Source: Trichodelitschia bisporula
Lineage: Eukaryota
Direction of reading: 5' to 3'
Assembly: GCA_010356995.1 (NCBI GenBank)
Contig: ML996694.1
Coordinates: forward strand, 1,171,931-1,235,930
Length of the DNA: 64,000 nucleotides
The notes under the pieces are model-generated. The model saw nothing but the letters and a program-made list of their open reading frames with translations. It did not search any database and was not told where the DNA came from. The position numbers and the translations under genes are program-made. Shown here one piece after another: positions 37,101 through 50,683 of the stretch. Position 1 is the first letter of the stretch. Each line of letters opens with the position of its first letter.

Positions 37101-40100
37101 AGCCTCCGCGCGCACTCTACTGGACACCCCCCGTAAAGCGCGCCGGGCGCAATATGCGGCGAAAAAAAAAAGATGAAAAATGGCGCACGAAGACTGTGAC
37201 GAGCGCGACATACATTCGATGTGCTGAAGATCTTGTCAACAGCCCCTGTAACCTTTCGATCTTCGCTTTGCTTCAATTGCCGGTCGAAGCTGAGCGTTTG
37301 ACGATGCAGAGATACGAGAGTAGGGAAATGATGGCGGCTGGCCAGGGGAGATTGTCGGCGCCCGCTGGGCGCGGCTGCAGGGCGATGGCGCGTTGACGTG
37401 CAGCGCCGTTAGGTGGGTGAGAGTCGTGGGTGCATCATCACACCTCCGTGCCTCCCGCATCCCTGCGAACCAGCAGTTCGGGGGGCCGTCGTGCTGGTCG
37501 CTGTGTTCAGACAGCAGTGACGGCGAGTGGTCTACGACGTATCATATGCCAGTTTACATCAAAGTATGCATGGTAGATAGGGATGCACAACGCTAGCACA
37601 AAGTCTTAGCAACTCTAATGGGTCTATCAATTAGCATCCTCCCCCAAGCGACGTCGACTCAGATAGAGATGAACAGAATCCACTTCTTCTTCGGCCCTAT
37701 CTTTCGCACCACGGCCCCCGGGTCGACTACCTGCATGCGCCCGAGTTGCATGTGTAGTAGGCTACTGTATGTATCCTCCCCGTTGCCGTCGCAGACATCG
37801 CTATTAGCCCGAGCAATATACCCCCTTTCGGACAGGTAGAGTTGCCCGAAGTGGAGTGATGGAGGATTGCCCCCTGCCGCGGCCTCGCAGGGTGCTTCCC
37901 GGCCGTGAACGGCGCGACAGCGCCCGGGTTTGGAGGGGCGCAGGCTGAGGACAGACGAAGGAGTCTCCCCGAAGGACGTTCCGTAGAACAAGAACAAGGA
38001 GAATTGTCGCTCCGCCATGCTCCAAGCGCTTGTGCAAAAACGACGTCCGGCGTCAAAACCCCCCTCGCCTACCTCGCATTGCATTGTGCATCACCGCAGA
38101 CCTACCGAGAACCTGTCGCAGCGCCGTTTGGCCATGGGGCTGCTCTGACACCCATGGTGAAGCCCCAGGTTCTGCAGCGCCGTTGGTCTGTGGCCGCTCG
38201 GGGCCAGGCGTGTCGTCTTCTCGCGCCAACGCACGGCGCAACGGTCGAAGGCCCCAAGCCCTTCTAGCGCGCTTCCATGAATGATGCCAGTGCGCCTTCT
38301 TTTCCACGGACGCGATGCGACGGGGGAGGAGAGAGGGCTGAGGGGTGCGTAACGTCTGAGCGTTCTCGGTACCGCTGTTCATCCATCCACCATGCTGGTC
38401 GGCGCAGATGCAGATAAACATATGGAATGGGCAGATTGTCTGACAGTTCTCCGTCCCCCCCCCCTACCTCGAGGGCTCCAGTGCCGCGAACCTGCATTTT
38501 GCGTCGCCGCTTGCCTGCAGCTTTTCCCTCTTGCTAGCCGTTCTCTTTGTCCCCCAGGCTACAGTACACCTATTGCACATCCGCGCCCCGAGGTACCCCC
38601 CCTCACCCTTCCCCATAATATAGATTGATTTGCTCGCTGGGTGCTAGACTGCCGCCGATTAGAAGGGTTCCGGTCGCGCCAGGCTGGTCCCTGTCGGGCG
38701 CGGCGCGGGATTGTCAACCTCGCACGCACGGGGGATGGGCTGGCGTGGGAGGGAATACTATCGGCGTGAACTGTGATATTTGAGCAAGATGGTCTGTTTA
38801 TGAATGGTGGCGGATCCCCCGAAGCAGCAAGAAAGTGGTGTTGCGTTCGCCATGAGAGAAAGGGCCTTTTGCATGTCATCCTAGCCTTCCAGCCTGTTAT
38901 TCAACAAATCAATCCATTGCCTTTGGAAAAGAGCAGACCCGGCTGTCACTGAGGGAGTGCACAGCAACAACACCATCACTGGCGATCAACAAAACCACAC
39001 GAGACGTCCAAAGCGCCCGCGTCGCAGAGCCGCGTTTCTGCTCCCGGTCTGCATCGCGCCCGATACACACGCACTTCCTGAAACGGAAGCCTTCCAGAAC
39101 GAAGGCTGCTACGATAGCTGCGCCAAAGGGACGCGAGAGTCGAAACCGGCGTGGGATCAATCCGCCAAGAGCTTTGTGGGTGTCGCAGTGGACGGCGAGA
39201 AGAGGCGCATTTATCTCTCACGTCCGCCGGATCTGTGTCGAAGTTGAAAAGACTCGTCGAAAGGAAAAACACTTCCACATCATCCCAAAGCTCAACATTT
39301 CACCATCGCACGGCCATCTACCATACGGAAAACGCGTCGAGAGAGGAACCTTTTCAACAAGTCAGCGAAGGAACTGCATACTGCTCACCGCTCTATCGAT
39401 CACGATCGCGACTACTCCAATATCGTCAAGGTGAGCAAACTAGTGCTTTCATTGGTTTCTCAACTTTATCCTGCCCTTCCCTTCCTTCGTCGAGTATGTT
39501 CGGCATCGCCAGGTGCATTTGCAGGTGCATTTGGTTGGCCTTGGGCAGTGTTGTTAAGCAGTGTTTCTTTCGATCCCGAGCATCACGCGTCTGTGCAGGC
39601 TGCACAATCTCGAATACACTCTCGAGTCTTCGAGAAGTGGTCAACAGAGAAAGAAGATAGAAGGACTGCAGGGCTAGCTCTGCCCTCAGGCTTGCTTCTC
39701 TCCGCGAGGATTTTTGTCCCGAGTCAAGTTTGTGGTGTTTTCAAGCCGAAGCATCTCTTCTGATCTCTCTCTTCCGCTGTCATTTCGCCTTGGTCTTCTC
39801 TCTTCTTCGCAGACGTGGGGAAGCTGTCAAGCCTCTTCAACTTTCCACACACCTTCAACATTCTCACACTTCCTGCGCCACCTGCCTCCCCCCCTCCCCC
39901 CCTGCGCGCCTTCCCCTCCAACACTCGGCGCCACATCCTTCTTAGTGCCGTTTCAATCTTGGCTTCATTGCCTCGTTGCCTTTCCTCTTCCCTCGTCAAC
40001 ACCAATCCTAGTCTTTCTCTCTTCTCCCCATCAACCACACTTTCTCCTCCACTTCTCTCCCCCACACCCCATCCTTTTGCATCATCTTTGCAAGTCCCTT

Positions 40101-40144
40101 TTACAAGTTGCAAAGCTCTGTCGCCCTTACTCCATCATTGTGAG

Positions 40145-40440
40145 GTACGTTGCGCGTGTGCTCAATATTTCCTTCATCTTTTCTCTTCAAGTCGTGTGTG
40201 TGCATCGTGCCACCTTCGCGTCGTTGTTCCCCGTCAGCGCGCCCCGTCGGTGTGCACTTCGCTCCCCTTTTTTTTTTTCCTTTCCTCATCTCCCTCCCTC
40301 AACCACTTCCCAACTCATCCCCCATCGCGCGAAGGCATTCGCGAAGAAAAGTTATCGTATTGCTTCATTCCTTCCACTCTGTTATAAAAAGACATCTTTC
40401 GTTGCCAGCCGCGTCCACTGACATCAAGGCTTCTTGATAG
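40145..40440 (+). other. Probable 5'-UTR intron of the C2H2 transcription factor
   Basis: AG|GTACGT donor at 40145, pyrimidine-rich body, ACTGAC branch near 40418 and TAG acceptor at 40440. Confidence 0.5.
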
Positions 40441-40785
40441 TGTCACGGCAGCATTGACCTGTCCGCGGCCCCGTCTCCCTTCCCGTACCTAGCCCTTCGA
40501 CAACGCTCGAACCTCCCCCCGACCCCCGGTCTCGAGAGAAACGAATCTCGACTCTGAGCTCTACTCACTTCGAGCCTTTGTTTCTCAAGACCTATACACC
40601 AAATCCCCAAACATAAACACTGCCACTTTCGTATACGCCATCTGAAGCGTGCATACATGCATCTCCTCGATCCCAAAGTGGCCAAATCTGTGGTGCGCCT
40701 TTTTCCCTCCAAGCACTGGAACCTTTCCTGCTCTCCAACACCATCGTCGGACTCGACCGTGTATGGTGCTGGACCAGATTATAAG

Positions 40786-42285
40786 ATGGAGTTGGGGAAT
40801 ATACTCAATACTAAGATGCCGTCAAAAGCTTTAGGAGGTCTCTTCGAAATGCAGCAGAGCATGCCTGCACACGAGCTGCAACAGCAGCAACAGCAGCACC
40901 ACGCCGCCTACCCGCCCCCGCAACCCTACCTGAACGGCAATCGCATCAAGACGGAGAGTGGTCCCGACCGCGGCGTCTCTCCCCATCCGTCCGACCCTCG
41001 ATACCCTCAACATGCTCATCTCCAGTACCCAGCGATGTCTGGTGCAAGCTATGCGGGTGAGATGCGCTATCCCTCTCCATCGGCCGGGCAGATGGGCGTT
41101 CCTGCTCCTATCCTCAACGGGTACAACACCACGCCGCAGCCTGAGCACACATACCAGCAACAGTCTGCGCAGCACCAGCAGGTTCAGCAACAGAATGCAC
41201 AGCAGCAGCAAGTTGCGCGCGCGCCTGAGAATGTGGGCCCGCCCAAGGCTTTCGCTTGCTCTACGTGTGGCAAGGGCTTTGCGCGTCGTAGCGATCTTGC
41301 TCGTCATGGTACGTACGCGTTCTGTGTCCTAACCGAGGTGCTGACATCTGTAGAACGCATTCACAGTGGCATCCGCCCGCATGTCTGTGACTTTCCCAAT
41401 TGTGGCAAACAGTTCATTCAGCGCTCCGCTTTGACGGTTCACCAGCGTGTTCATACTGGCGAGAAGCCGCACATGTGTGAACGTTGTGGCAAGGTATGCG
41501 CTTGTTCTCTTGTCTTTTGTCCAAGCTGACCCTTCCAGCCATTCAGTGACTCTAGCTCACTTGCGCGTCATCGTCGTATCCACTCTGGAAAGCGCCCCTA
41601 CAAGTGCCCGTACGCGGACTGTCAAAAGACCTTCACGCGCCGTACGACTCTTACACGTCATCAAAGCCATCACACAGGTAGCTTGGAAGAGGCCGCTGCC
41701 GCCACGGCTGCTGCGCTGGCGTCGCGTGCGTCTGTTGTCAGTCGGTCGACGCGCTCCGAAGCCGACGACTTCTCCGAGTCGAATCACTCGCCGATGCCGA
41801 CTCCTTCGCCCAACGAGCGTCCTCTGTCAATGTCTCCGGCCGCGCAGCTCGCTCTTCACCGTACTGGCTCCGACATGGGTTATGGCATTCCGATCCCTGG
41901 TCATCTTCGCGGCGACATGCAGCCTAGCCCGCGTCAGTCTCCGTCCTTGACATCGCAACCGTACATGTCTGCTGTTCCGAACGCTCAGCGTCCCCCGATG
42001 ACGTCTCATCCGACGAGCTACGGCCCTCCTCCTGTTCTTGAGCCGCCGACCCAGACCCACAGCGGGCAGTCTACCTCCAACAATGGCAGTCCTCACATGG
42101 GCGCCATGGGTTGGCAGTCTCCGACGCACCAGCAAATGCAGGCAGCGAACGCTGAACCCTACTATCCCGAGCCCCAGTACGCTGGCCCTCAGCAGAATCT
42201 GTACTACACGAACTCCAACATCCAGCGTCCACAGAGCACGGAGCCAGACCAGTACAACCGGCAGTGGGCTCAGCAATCCGTCTAG
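40786..42285 (+). CDS. C2H2 zinc-finger transcription factor (four tandem fingers)
   Basis: After splicing introns 41309-41353 and 41494-41538: [73 protein letters not shown], with Q/P-rich flanks. Start placed at MELGNILN; an in-frame ATG also exists at 40657. Confidence 0.92.
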
Positions 42286-43597
42286 TTCCATCGTTCTACC
42301 GTGTACTCTAAGCTGCAACATGCAGCTGTCGGCGTTCGGAGGGTTATACCATCATTCGCGCTTTCATTGTTGAGTCGGTCGGACGTTTTGTGTGTGTGTG
42401 GAAGCTCTGAGAAAACTGGTCGGTTTTCACGGAGTGAAAAATGTCGTTCTACATTTGTTGAATCTCTGCTGCGGTATGGGTTTGGCAGAGGCTTTTACGG
42501 ATTTCTTTGCGGCAAGGAGCGTCGTTGCGATACCATATGCTTTAGTCGGCTTTTGTGTGTTGTCGGTCTGGCCGACAAACCTAATGGTTGTGTGTCGGTT
42601 TGGTGCCTTTTGCGTGGTGGTATTCCGCGCTCTGGGCTCTTATTGTGTCTGAATGGGTCGGTTTCTTTTTTTCTCAATAGACGGGGCCTCAAAACAGCGG
42701 GAGAAACTTGTGTGCGCGGAGCTGCGCTAATACTACATTGCCTCTGTGTTTTCGGCGTTGATGTAATAGTAGAGGCCAAGGCGTCGGGTAGAGAAAGGAT
42801 TCGGTTTTACTGTCTGATGATGGCCTTTGGTCAGTGACATGCTGAGGTGCACGCTTTGTGTCTTGTGAGTCAAGCTCTAGAACTAGAAATGATACCATGC
42901 CTCTAGAACTAGACGTCCACCTTCGGCCTCTGGAACTAGTTCTACTCCGTACATGGCTCAGTGTGCGTTGCTGTGATCTGCGGTGATGGGATCATTTATG
43001 ATCTCTCTGCAGTGTTACAAAGGTTGCCCTTTTTGACTCGTCTTTAACATCATCTCAACGTACGTCCCTTTGGTCACGCATGTCATCTCGGCAATCCACC
43101 AAATTTATCATACCCTTTTCGTCTCGACCGGTTCAAGCTTATTTGCATCCCAATATATGCGTAAGCCACTCCGTTCGCCTGAGGCACAAAAGGCTTGGCT
43201 ACCAAACAGTTACGTACGCCCGAGCGTCAGCCACACTTCGCTCCTCAAGCCCTCGCTCCAACCTTGCACGGCAGTCACTCTCAAAGACCTCACCACCACA
43301 GCCCGAGCGCATCCTCAGCCATCCGCCGCTTCGCTCAAAGCAAACTGCATCTCACACATCGTTTCTTTGCTTTCTCAGACAACTCTCGCTGCCATTCCGT
43401 ATCGTTTTGCGAACTCACCGACACCCTGCAAGAGTCCTAGCTCCCCGACCACCCCACTGTGATCGCCTCCGGCTGTCGCCCTCCCGGCTGTCGCCCTCCC
43501 GGCTGTCGACGCTCAGTCCTTCGCCCGTCGGTCGCTCCGTGCCGCGTGCTCTAACGGACAGGCAAGACGCTGATTGTTGCCACATCAGACCGCGATC

Positions 43598-45520
43598 ATG
43601 TCGAAGGTTGTGAGGAGTGTGAAGAACGTCACCAAGGGCTACACGTCGGCACAGATCAAGGTCCGCAATGGTAAGGGTCTATTTTATCTGTATGAGCGCA
43701 ATTCGCTGACGCTCGCAGCCACGAGTAACGATCCTTGGGGGCCTGTTGGCTCCGATATGGCGGAGATTGCGCAGATGACGTTTGCCGAGTAAGATCCTCA
43801 TCACTGCCTCTATCTATACTCGGACTGACAGTTGCAGCACCGGCACGTTCTACGAGATCATGGATATTCTTGACAAGCGGTTAAATGACAAGGGCAAGAA
43901 TTGGCGCCACGTACTCAAGTCCCTCAAGGTGCTTGACTACTGTCTGCATGAGGGTTCAGAGCTCGTTGTTACCTGGGCACGCAAGAACATCTACGTCATC
44001 AAGACGCTGCGCGAGTTCCAGCATATCGACGAAGACAGCCGAGATGTCGGACAGAACAGTGCGTAGTCCCATTGTTCGTAAGGCGTTTGCTGACCCCTGT
44101 AGTTCGTGTCTCTGCAAAGGAGCTCACGGCCTTGATCATGGACGAGGAGCGTCTTCGTAGCGAGCGCCAGGACCGCCGTACATGGAAGTCCCGTGTGACT
44201 GGCATCGAGGAGTTCGGTCCGCATCGCGAACAGGGCGATCCCAGCAAGCCGCGCCGCCGCGAGAACCGCGGCAATGACGATGACGATGTTGAATACCGGT
44301 TAGCGCTCGAGGCGAGCAAGGCCGAGGCCGAGGAGGAGGCTAGGCGTCGGGCCCGCACCAAGGATCGTGAGGATGACGACGATCTTGCCAAGGCCATTAA
44401 GCTCAGCCAGGAGGAGGAGGAACTGCGTCGTAAAGAGCTCGAGGAAGCGAATGCCTCACTGCTCTTTGACGATACTCCCGCTCCCGTTACACAGCCGCAG
44501 CCTACGGGTTGGAATCAGGGATATCAACAGCAACCGAGTGTGGACTGGTTCGGCAATCCGATTGATGCTCAGCAGCAACAGAACACCGGCTATACCTTCC
44601 AGCCACAGCAGTCGCAGCAGCCGCAGCAGACGGGGTACCAGAACGGGTTTGGCAGCTACCCGGGTTTCCAGCAGCAGCAGCCTACGGGCTATGATCCGAA
44701 CTTCCAGCAGCAGCAGCAGCAGCAGCAGCCTTTCCTGCAGCCACAGCAGACGTCGTTCCTGAACCCCTACGGCAACGGCACCAACGGCTTCGGTCTCGGC
44801 CAGCAGCAGCAACAGCCCCAACAGCAGCAAGAATTGCATGCCGGTTCCAACAACCCGTGGGCCACGCACGCACATGCCAATGACTCGCTCAAGCCGCAGG
44901 CTACGGGCTCCAACAACCCCTTCGCCTCAGGTTTCGCGCGGCCGCACTCAGCGCAGGCTCACCGGCCGCCGACGTTGAGTACTCTCTCCGAACAGCAAGT
45001 CAGCTCGTCGTTCAACCCGATCGCGAACTACCAGCCCCAGCCGCAGCAACAACAGCAGCTACAGCAACAGCAGCTACAGACTCAGCCGACCGCCTTCCAG
45101 CCCCAGTCGGCCTTTGGCCAGCAACAACAGCAGCAAAATCAGCAACAGCAACAAAACCAGCAGCCTCAGGACCCGCACCATGCACGCCTCAACGCGCTGC
45201 TTGCTGCGGGTGACGGACTGGATACGTTCGGCAATACGGGCGACTTGCGTATTCCGGCGCAGCACACGGCTCCCGGGACCTTCGTGAACTCAGCCGGTGC
45301 CGGTGGCGGCCGGTTGGGCATCGGTGGCGCGAATCCATTCCTTGGCGGTGGAGGGGGTCGTGTTGCTCCGGCGTTGACGGGACCGGCTGCTGGGTATGCT
45401 GGGTTTGGAGGTGGGGGCTTTGGCGGTGCCGCTGGTGGGCAGGGCGGTAATCCCTTTGGGGGACGGCCGCAGCAACAGCAGCAGCAGGGTCCGCAGACGG
45501 GTAGTTTGATCGATTTGTAG
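43598..45520 (+). CDS. ENT1: Epsin (Ent1/Ent2-like, ENTH domain)
   Basis: MSKVVRSVKNVTKGY, ATSNDPWGP, KGKNWRHVLKSL, two UIMs, Q-rich QPTG repeats, NPF motifs and a C-terminal clathrin box SLIDL. Introns 43671-43718, 43789-43837 and 44059-44102. Confidence 0.95.
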
Positions 45521-46971
45521 GTATTGGCTTTACGTGGGGCCTGTGGGTTATGTATGGTTGGTGGGATGGTAGTGGGGGCGGGGGTTACGGTTGCGGCTGC
45601 GGCTCTGCTTGTGAGGGTTCTGTGTGTGCGTTAGGCTCCGAGAACCCCGTGTTTTTGTTGCGTGTTGGTTCTTGTCGGGTTGTGCTGCTGCTGCTGCTGC
45701 TTTGTGACGATGCTGTGTTGTTATGCTATGTATGGGGGGGGGGTGGTGTATATAGTTCGTTTTGGGGTTCGAGATGGGGGGTGGGGTATGATGGGAGGGG
45801 AAGTATGCTTCTGCTAGGGATGGGGTGTGCATGCCGGGGGTTGGTGGTGGTTTAATTGAGGGGATTTTCATGTCATGAGAGCGAAGAGCGACGGTACCGG
45901 CGATAGTTGGTAAGGGGGGGCTTGAGGGATTGAAGGTCTGCGAGGGATGGGCCCAAGACGAGCATACGCCAATTCAGTATTCATTCATGTACATCTACAC
46001 CTCGGACTCTGCTTGTGCATTGTTCGTCCACTCCCCGACCCCAGTCGTGGCATCCGTGCCCGAGTCTCGACCCCTGTCCACCCCGTCGGCCCCGTGCCCG
46101 TGCCGAGCCGCTGCATAACCCGGCCCGTGCGGCGTACTCAAGGCTGGACGTCAAGTGTGCGATTGGTGTTTTACTGGTTGGGGGAAAGAAACAGGAAGGG
46201 GAAATTGTGGTGTCATGGGGAGGGGACGGTGCATTGGGCGTTGCGCTGTTATTGAGGGGCACAAGGCGTGCCTGGTGCCTGTGGCGGGTTTATTGGGTGT
46301 GAGGGGCGAGGGTGAGATAGTCTTGGTGGGGAGAGGGTGTTTGCACGTTCGGTTTACCAGTCTCGTGTGTTGGCGTTTGGTGGGAAACGGTGATGCTGAG
46401 CCTTGAAGCCTTGGGGATGGACTGATGGCAGTAGGACTGGAGTTGGCAGCGGCGACGTCGACACCCGCGCGCCTCTACTCTCGGAGTGATGGAGACGGAT
46501 AACACACCCGGAGAGCTACTCTATCCCCCGCCGTACAATGCAGCCCGTACCTGAGCATCCCCATCGAGCCCTACACGGCGCCACGAGCCCTATGTTATAC
46601 GCACTCATGCCGATGTGCCCTCCCTCCCCCCCGACTCTATCTTGCTCGCTCCCCGCTGTCATCGCTGCTTGAAGCGCAATATCGCACGCCATGCTCATGA
46701 TGGCTGAGATGTTTATCTCCTTCGAGGGCACCAGGCACCGCTGAGGGCGAAGGAAGCCATCGAGGGACATAAAATCCCCCACCCGTCCGTCCAGAGGGGA
46801 ACAAGCATCGTTTCCTCGTTTCCCACCCGCCGTTCCGAACAACAGCGCTAAACACACAGACACCTTTCCTCCTCCTTGTTTCCTACCAGTGTCCCGAGTC
46901 TCTCAAGTCTCACCCGCCAAACGCCCAGCTCACACCACACCACCAGCCTCAAACCCCGCCACTCCCCAACC

Positions 46972-47940
46972 ATGCACCCCCTCCTCCTCGCCCTCCTCCC
47001 CCTCGCCGCCGCCCTCGACAAACCAACCGGCTTCCCAACCGGCCCGCCCGGCGGCTTCCCCACCGCCTGGACCGGCGACCACGGCATGCCCGCCTGGGTG
47101 CCAAAAGACCACCCCTCCGCCCCGCCCGCCCCCGCTGCTGCCCCGGCTCCTCCCTCCGCTCCATCTCCAGCTCCTCCAGCGGGCCACCCGGTCCCCGCCC
47201 CTCCCGCTCCCACGCCGGCCTGCCCCAGTCAACCGTTTACGCCGCTGCTCATGCTCCATGGCCCGCCCACGCAGTGTCCGGGGGGCTTTCAGCAGGTGGG
47301 GCAGGGGGGGCAGAGTGGGTGTTGTCCGCTTGGAGCGAGTATTGCGCAGGTGCCGGGGGGTGGGTGGGGGTGTTGCGGTGGTTGTGGGGTTTGTTCCGGC
47401 GGGAGTGGGCTTGGAGGGACGCCGGATTGGCATTTGGATCAGGGGGGGAGTTTGGTGGTTGATGGGCTTGGGCAGTATCCTTTCGTGAACGGTGAGTGAG
47501 ACTGTGTGTGGGGGGGGGGGGGTGATGGGTGATGATGGGGCTAATGATGGACAGGTCAGCAAGGGATTACGTTTACGCCGACGAGCACGAGTGTGTCTTG
47601 TGGAGCTGCGTATAACGGGCAGCAAAACGTGCAAGGCTGCAACACGATTCTCTTCGGGCCGAACGGGCAAGTCGCCACCGTTACCGACGCCGCGTACCTG
47701 GGTGCTGCGGGTGTGAACGGGGTGGGTGGGTATGGTGCCGGGCCTGTCACGTTTTATGGTACGAGTACGAGTGTCTTTTGTCAGACGTATGGCGCGCAGA
47801 CGAGTTGTACAACGCAGAGCTATATTGCGGCAACGAGTACGTGGTGGGGGGCTGCGGCGGCGGTTACGCCTGGTGTTGGGAGGGCGGCGGTGGGGGGGTT
47901 GGTTGCGGGGGTTTGGGCGGTGGGAGCGATGGTTTTGTAG
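46972..47940 (+). CDS. Small secreted Pro/Cys-rich protein, probably GPI-anchored
   Basis: Signal peptide MHPLLLALLPLAAA, Pro-rich linker, Cys cluster (CPGG..CCPLG..CCGGCGVC), intron 47492-47554 splicing in frame, and hydrophobic tail AAVGGLVAGVWAVGAMVL. Confidence 0.82.
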
Positions 47941-48587
47941 GTGGACTGCTGGGGAGGTGCCGGTAATGAGGATGAGGAGAGAGGAGGCATTTCAGGCGTT
48001 TCGGTTGTTGGAGAGCGGATCAATGGGCTTGCTTTGGGGCGTAATGTGTGATTGGGATGGAGGTAGTGTTTACTGGTGACGTATTAGTCTAGTGTTTGAG
48101 GAAATGCATCGATTAATGGCCTTATCAAAAATGCATGATAGTGTATACAATTTTCATGAGGCCAGCTCTGAGCGCCATCATTCTAGCTGTGCAATGGCAG
48201 CATTCGCTTGTGGGAAGTCCGCAGGATGATGCCGTGATGTGACGATGTCTCCCAAAGGCTACGCGAGAAAGTCATGGCTGCCAGGCCCGGGTATTTTTGC
48301 GCACAAGGGCGGCCACAATCTTTTCGAGTGGTGCTGGACCCCTGAACGCGTGTCGATCTTTATCGATAAGGAGCACGTGACGGGTTCTTGTGGTGGTGTC
48401 GGAGAGTTGACGCGGGCAAATCCTCCCAACCACCAAAGGCCAACTTCCCCAACTTCTCACCAACCTATCCTCACAGCTCTACTCTCTATTCCCAGTCATG
48501 CCAGAGCTTCAATAGTCTCCCCAGATTCACCAGAACACCCTATATACACCTACACGCCTTCAATCACAGGCACCCAGCCATTCCAAA

Positions 48588-50683
48588 ATGGCGGCCGCAG
48601 TCCCTAACCGGCGTCAATCGACCCGTCAAGTGCGCTCATCCACCACCAGACCACAAAACTACTATGCGCGTAACTTCTCCGGCCGAGCCGCCGGCAACTC
48701 TGACCCGCCGCCGCCCACCGCGCAGCCGGGCTTCTTCCCCGCCATCACACACTTCACCGACACCGTCGACGCGCTCCCCAAGGAGATGATCCGCCACACC
48801 TCCATGCTGAAGGAGGTCGAAGCCAAGCTGCACGCTCCCGACGCAGAGCTGCGTCGTCTCGCCAGCGCCATTGAGAAGCTGCCTCCCCCACCGCGCAACC
48901 ATGTACCCTTGCCTTCGACGAATTTCTCCATTCTCAGCGCTCACAATAGCTCACAGGGCAGTCGGGGTGGCTCGGTGGCTGGTGGGAATACACCGCTTCT
49001 GGGCGTGCCTGCAGGTGCTGAATCGGACGCCGATCGCGAGCGCATGCACTTGTTCTACCAGCTCAACTTCAATATCCACATGATGGGGCCTATACTCGAC
49101 GAGAAGGTGGCCGTCCTGTCAACGGCGAGCCAGACGCTGGCTCGCCAGATGCTACGCCTCGAGAGCTCGTACCGCCACGTCCCCGACGAGGTCAGCGAGG
49201 AGGCACGCCTCGGCAGCCGCACGCACTGGGCCTACATCACGGACAAGGAGACGAAAAAGACAGACGCGACGCGCGAGCGCGAGCGTAATCGCCGCGACGT
49301 GGCGGGCGCGAACAATCTGGCAGCAGCGGCAGCAGCCGTGCACGAGGGTGATTTGGCAGCCGCGCGCAGCGAGGCGCGCCGCGAGGCAATGAAGAAGGGC
49401 CGCAATCATCACGCTGACTCGGACTTTGACGATCGCCCTGCGCGCAAATCGCACGCGAAAAAGAGGGCCCCGGAGCCGGACCCGAAGGCAGTGGGTCTGG
49501 GCATCGCGACGGCTGCTCCGAATAAGCGCCGTAAGACGGCTGCTACGCCGGCGGAAAAGGCTACGCCCGTTCAGCGCGCTGTTGCGAGTCCGCGTGCCAC
49601 TCCCGCCGCTGAGCCGAAGAAGCGCGCGAAGCCGAATCCGGCGCCAGCGAAGAAACGGTATGTGGCACTGGGTCTTGGTGGTCTAGCTAACAATTGCAGC
49701 GCACAAGCCGCCGGCCTGGGTTCACCACACCTGGCCTCGTCCCCAGTTGTTGGGCCCTTCGTTCCGAAGGACTTACCTGCCCCGCCTTCTCGCCCGGGCA
49801 CGAGCCGCGGCCGCCAGAACTCGGCGGCTAATTCTACACATTCGGCTCCGCGGCCCTCGTCCGCTGCGTCGAACAAGCCGCTTCCGGCACCTATCCAGGC
49901 GCCCGAGGCTGCGGTGCAGGCCCCGCCCGCGCCGGCTGTCGTCGAGGCGTTGCCTGAGACGGTGGCTGCGAATCCGCCCGAGCCGGCGCCGCTGAAGGAG
50001 GAACCGGACCCTGCGCCCCCGGAGGTGGATACCCCGATGCCGGATGCCTCTGTTACGACTACGACTACGATCACGACGACGGCGCGGCCGAGTCGTGGGT
50101 CTAAGACTGCGACGCCTATCTCGGCGTCGTTTCCGGACTTGCCTTCGGGCCGGGGCAGGGGCGCGAGGGGGAGTGGGTCGAATGGGGGGAGTCATGCTAG
50201 TAGTGAGGCGGAGCAGAAGAGGGAGAAGAGGGAGAGGGGGAAGAGGAATGGGAGTCATGCTGCTGCTGCTGTGGCTGCTGCTGTGGCGGTGGAGAAGGAA
50301 GAGGTGGTTGTTGAGCCGGCGGTTGAGGCGGAGGTTGTGCCGAGTGCTGAGACTGCGCCACCGGTTGCGGCGGCGGAGGAGGGCGAGGAGGGCGAGATTG
50401 ACGAGGGGGAGATCGACGAGGGAGAGGGGAATGAGCCGAGGTATTGCTATTGCAATGACGTGAGCTATGGGGAGATGGTGGCGTGCGATAATGATGGGTG
50501 TAAGGGGGAGTGGTTCCATCTTCAGTGCGCGGGGTTGACGAAAGCGCCGGCTAAGGACTGTGAGTTTTTCGTAATGGGTATTGGGGGGTGTTTTGCTAAC
50601 TGGGTGCAGCCAAGTGGTATTGCAATGATTGTAAGGGGGCGGTCAAGGAGAGGAAGACGAGGCCGGGGAGTCGGAGGGAGTAG
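48588..50683 (+). CDS. ING-family PHD-finger chromatin protein (Pho23-like)
   Basis: N-terminal ING helix [26 protein letters not shown]-terminal [43 protein letters not shown] is completed by intron 50560-50609. Intron 49658-49699. Confidence 0.9.

Noticed and set aside
34604..40421. ORFs in the TF upstream region, including 39714-40421 (235 aa)
   Set aside because: Low-complexity translations of CT-rich leader or promoter DNA with no domain signatures.
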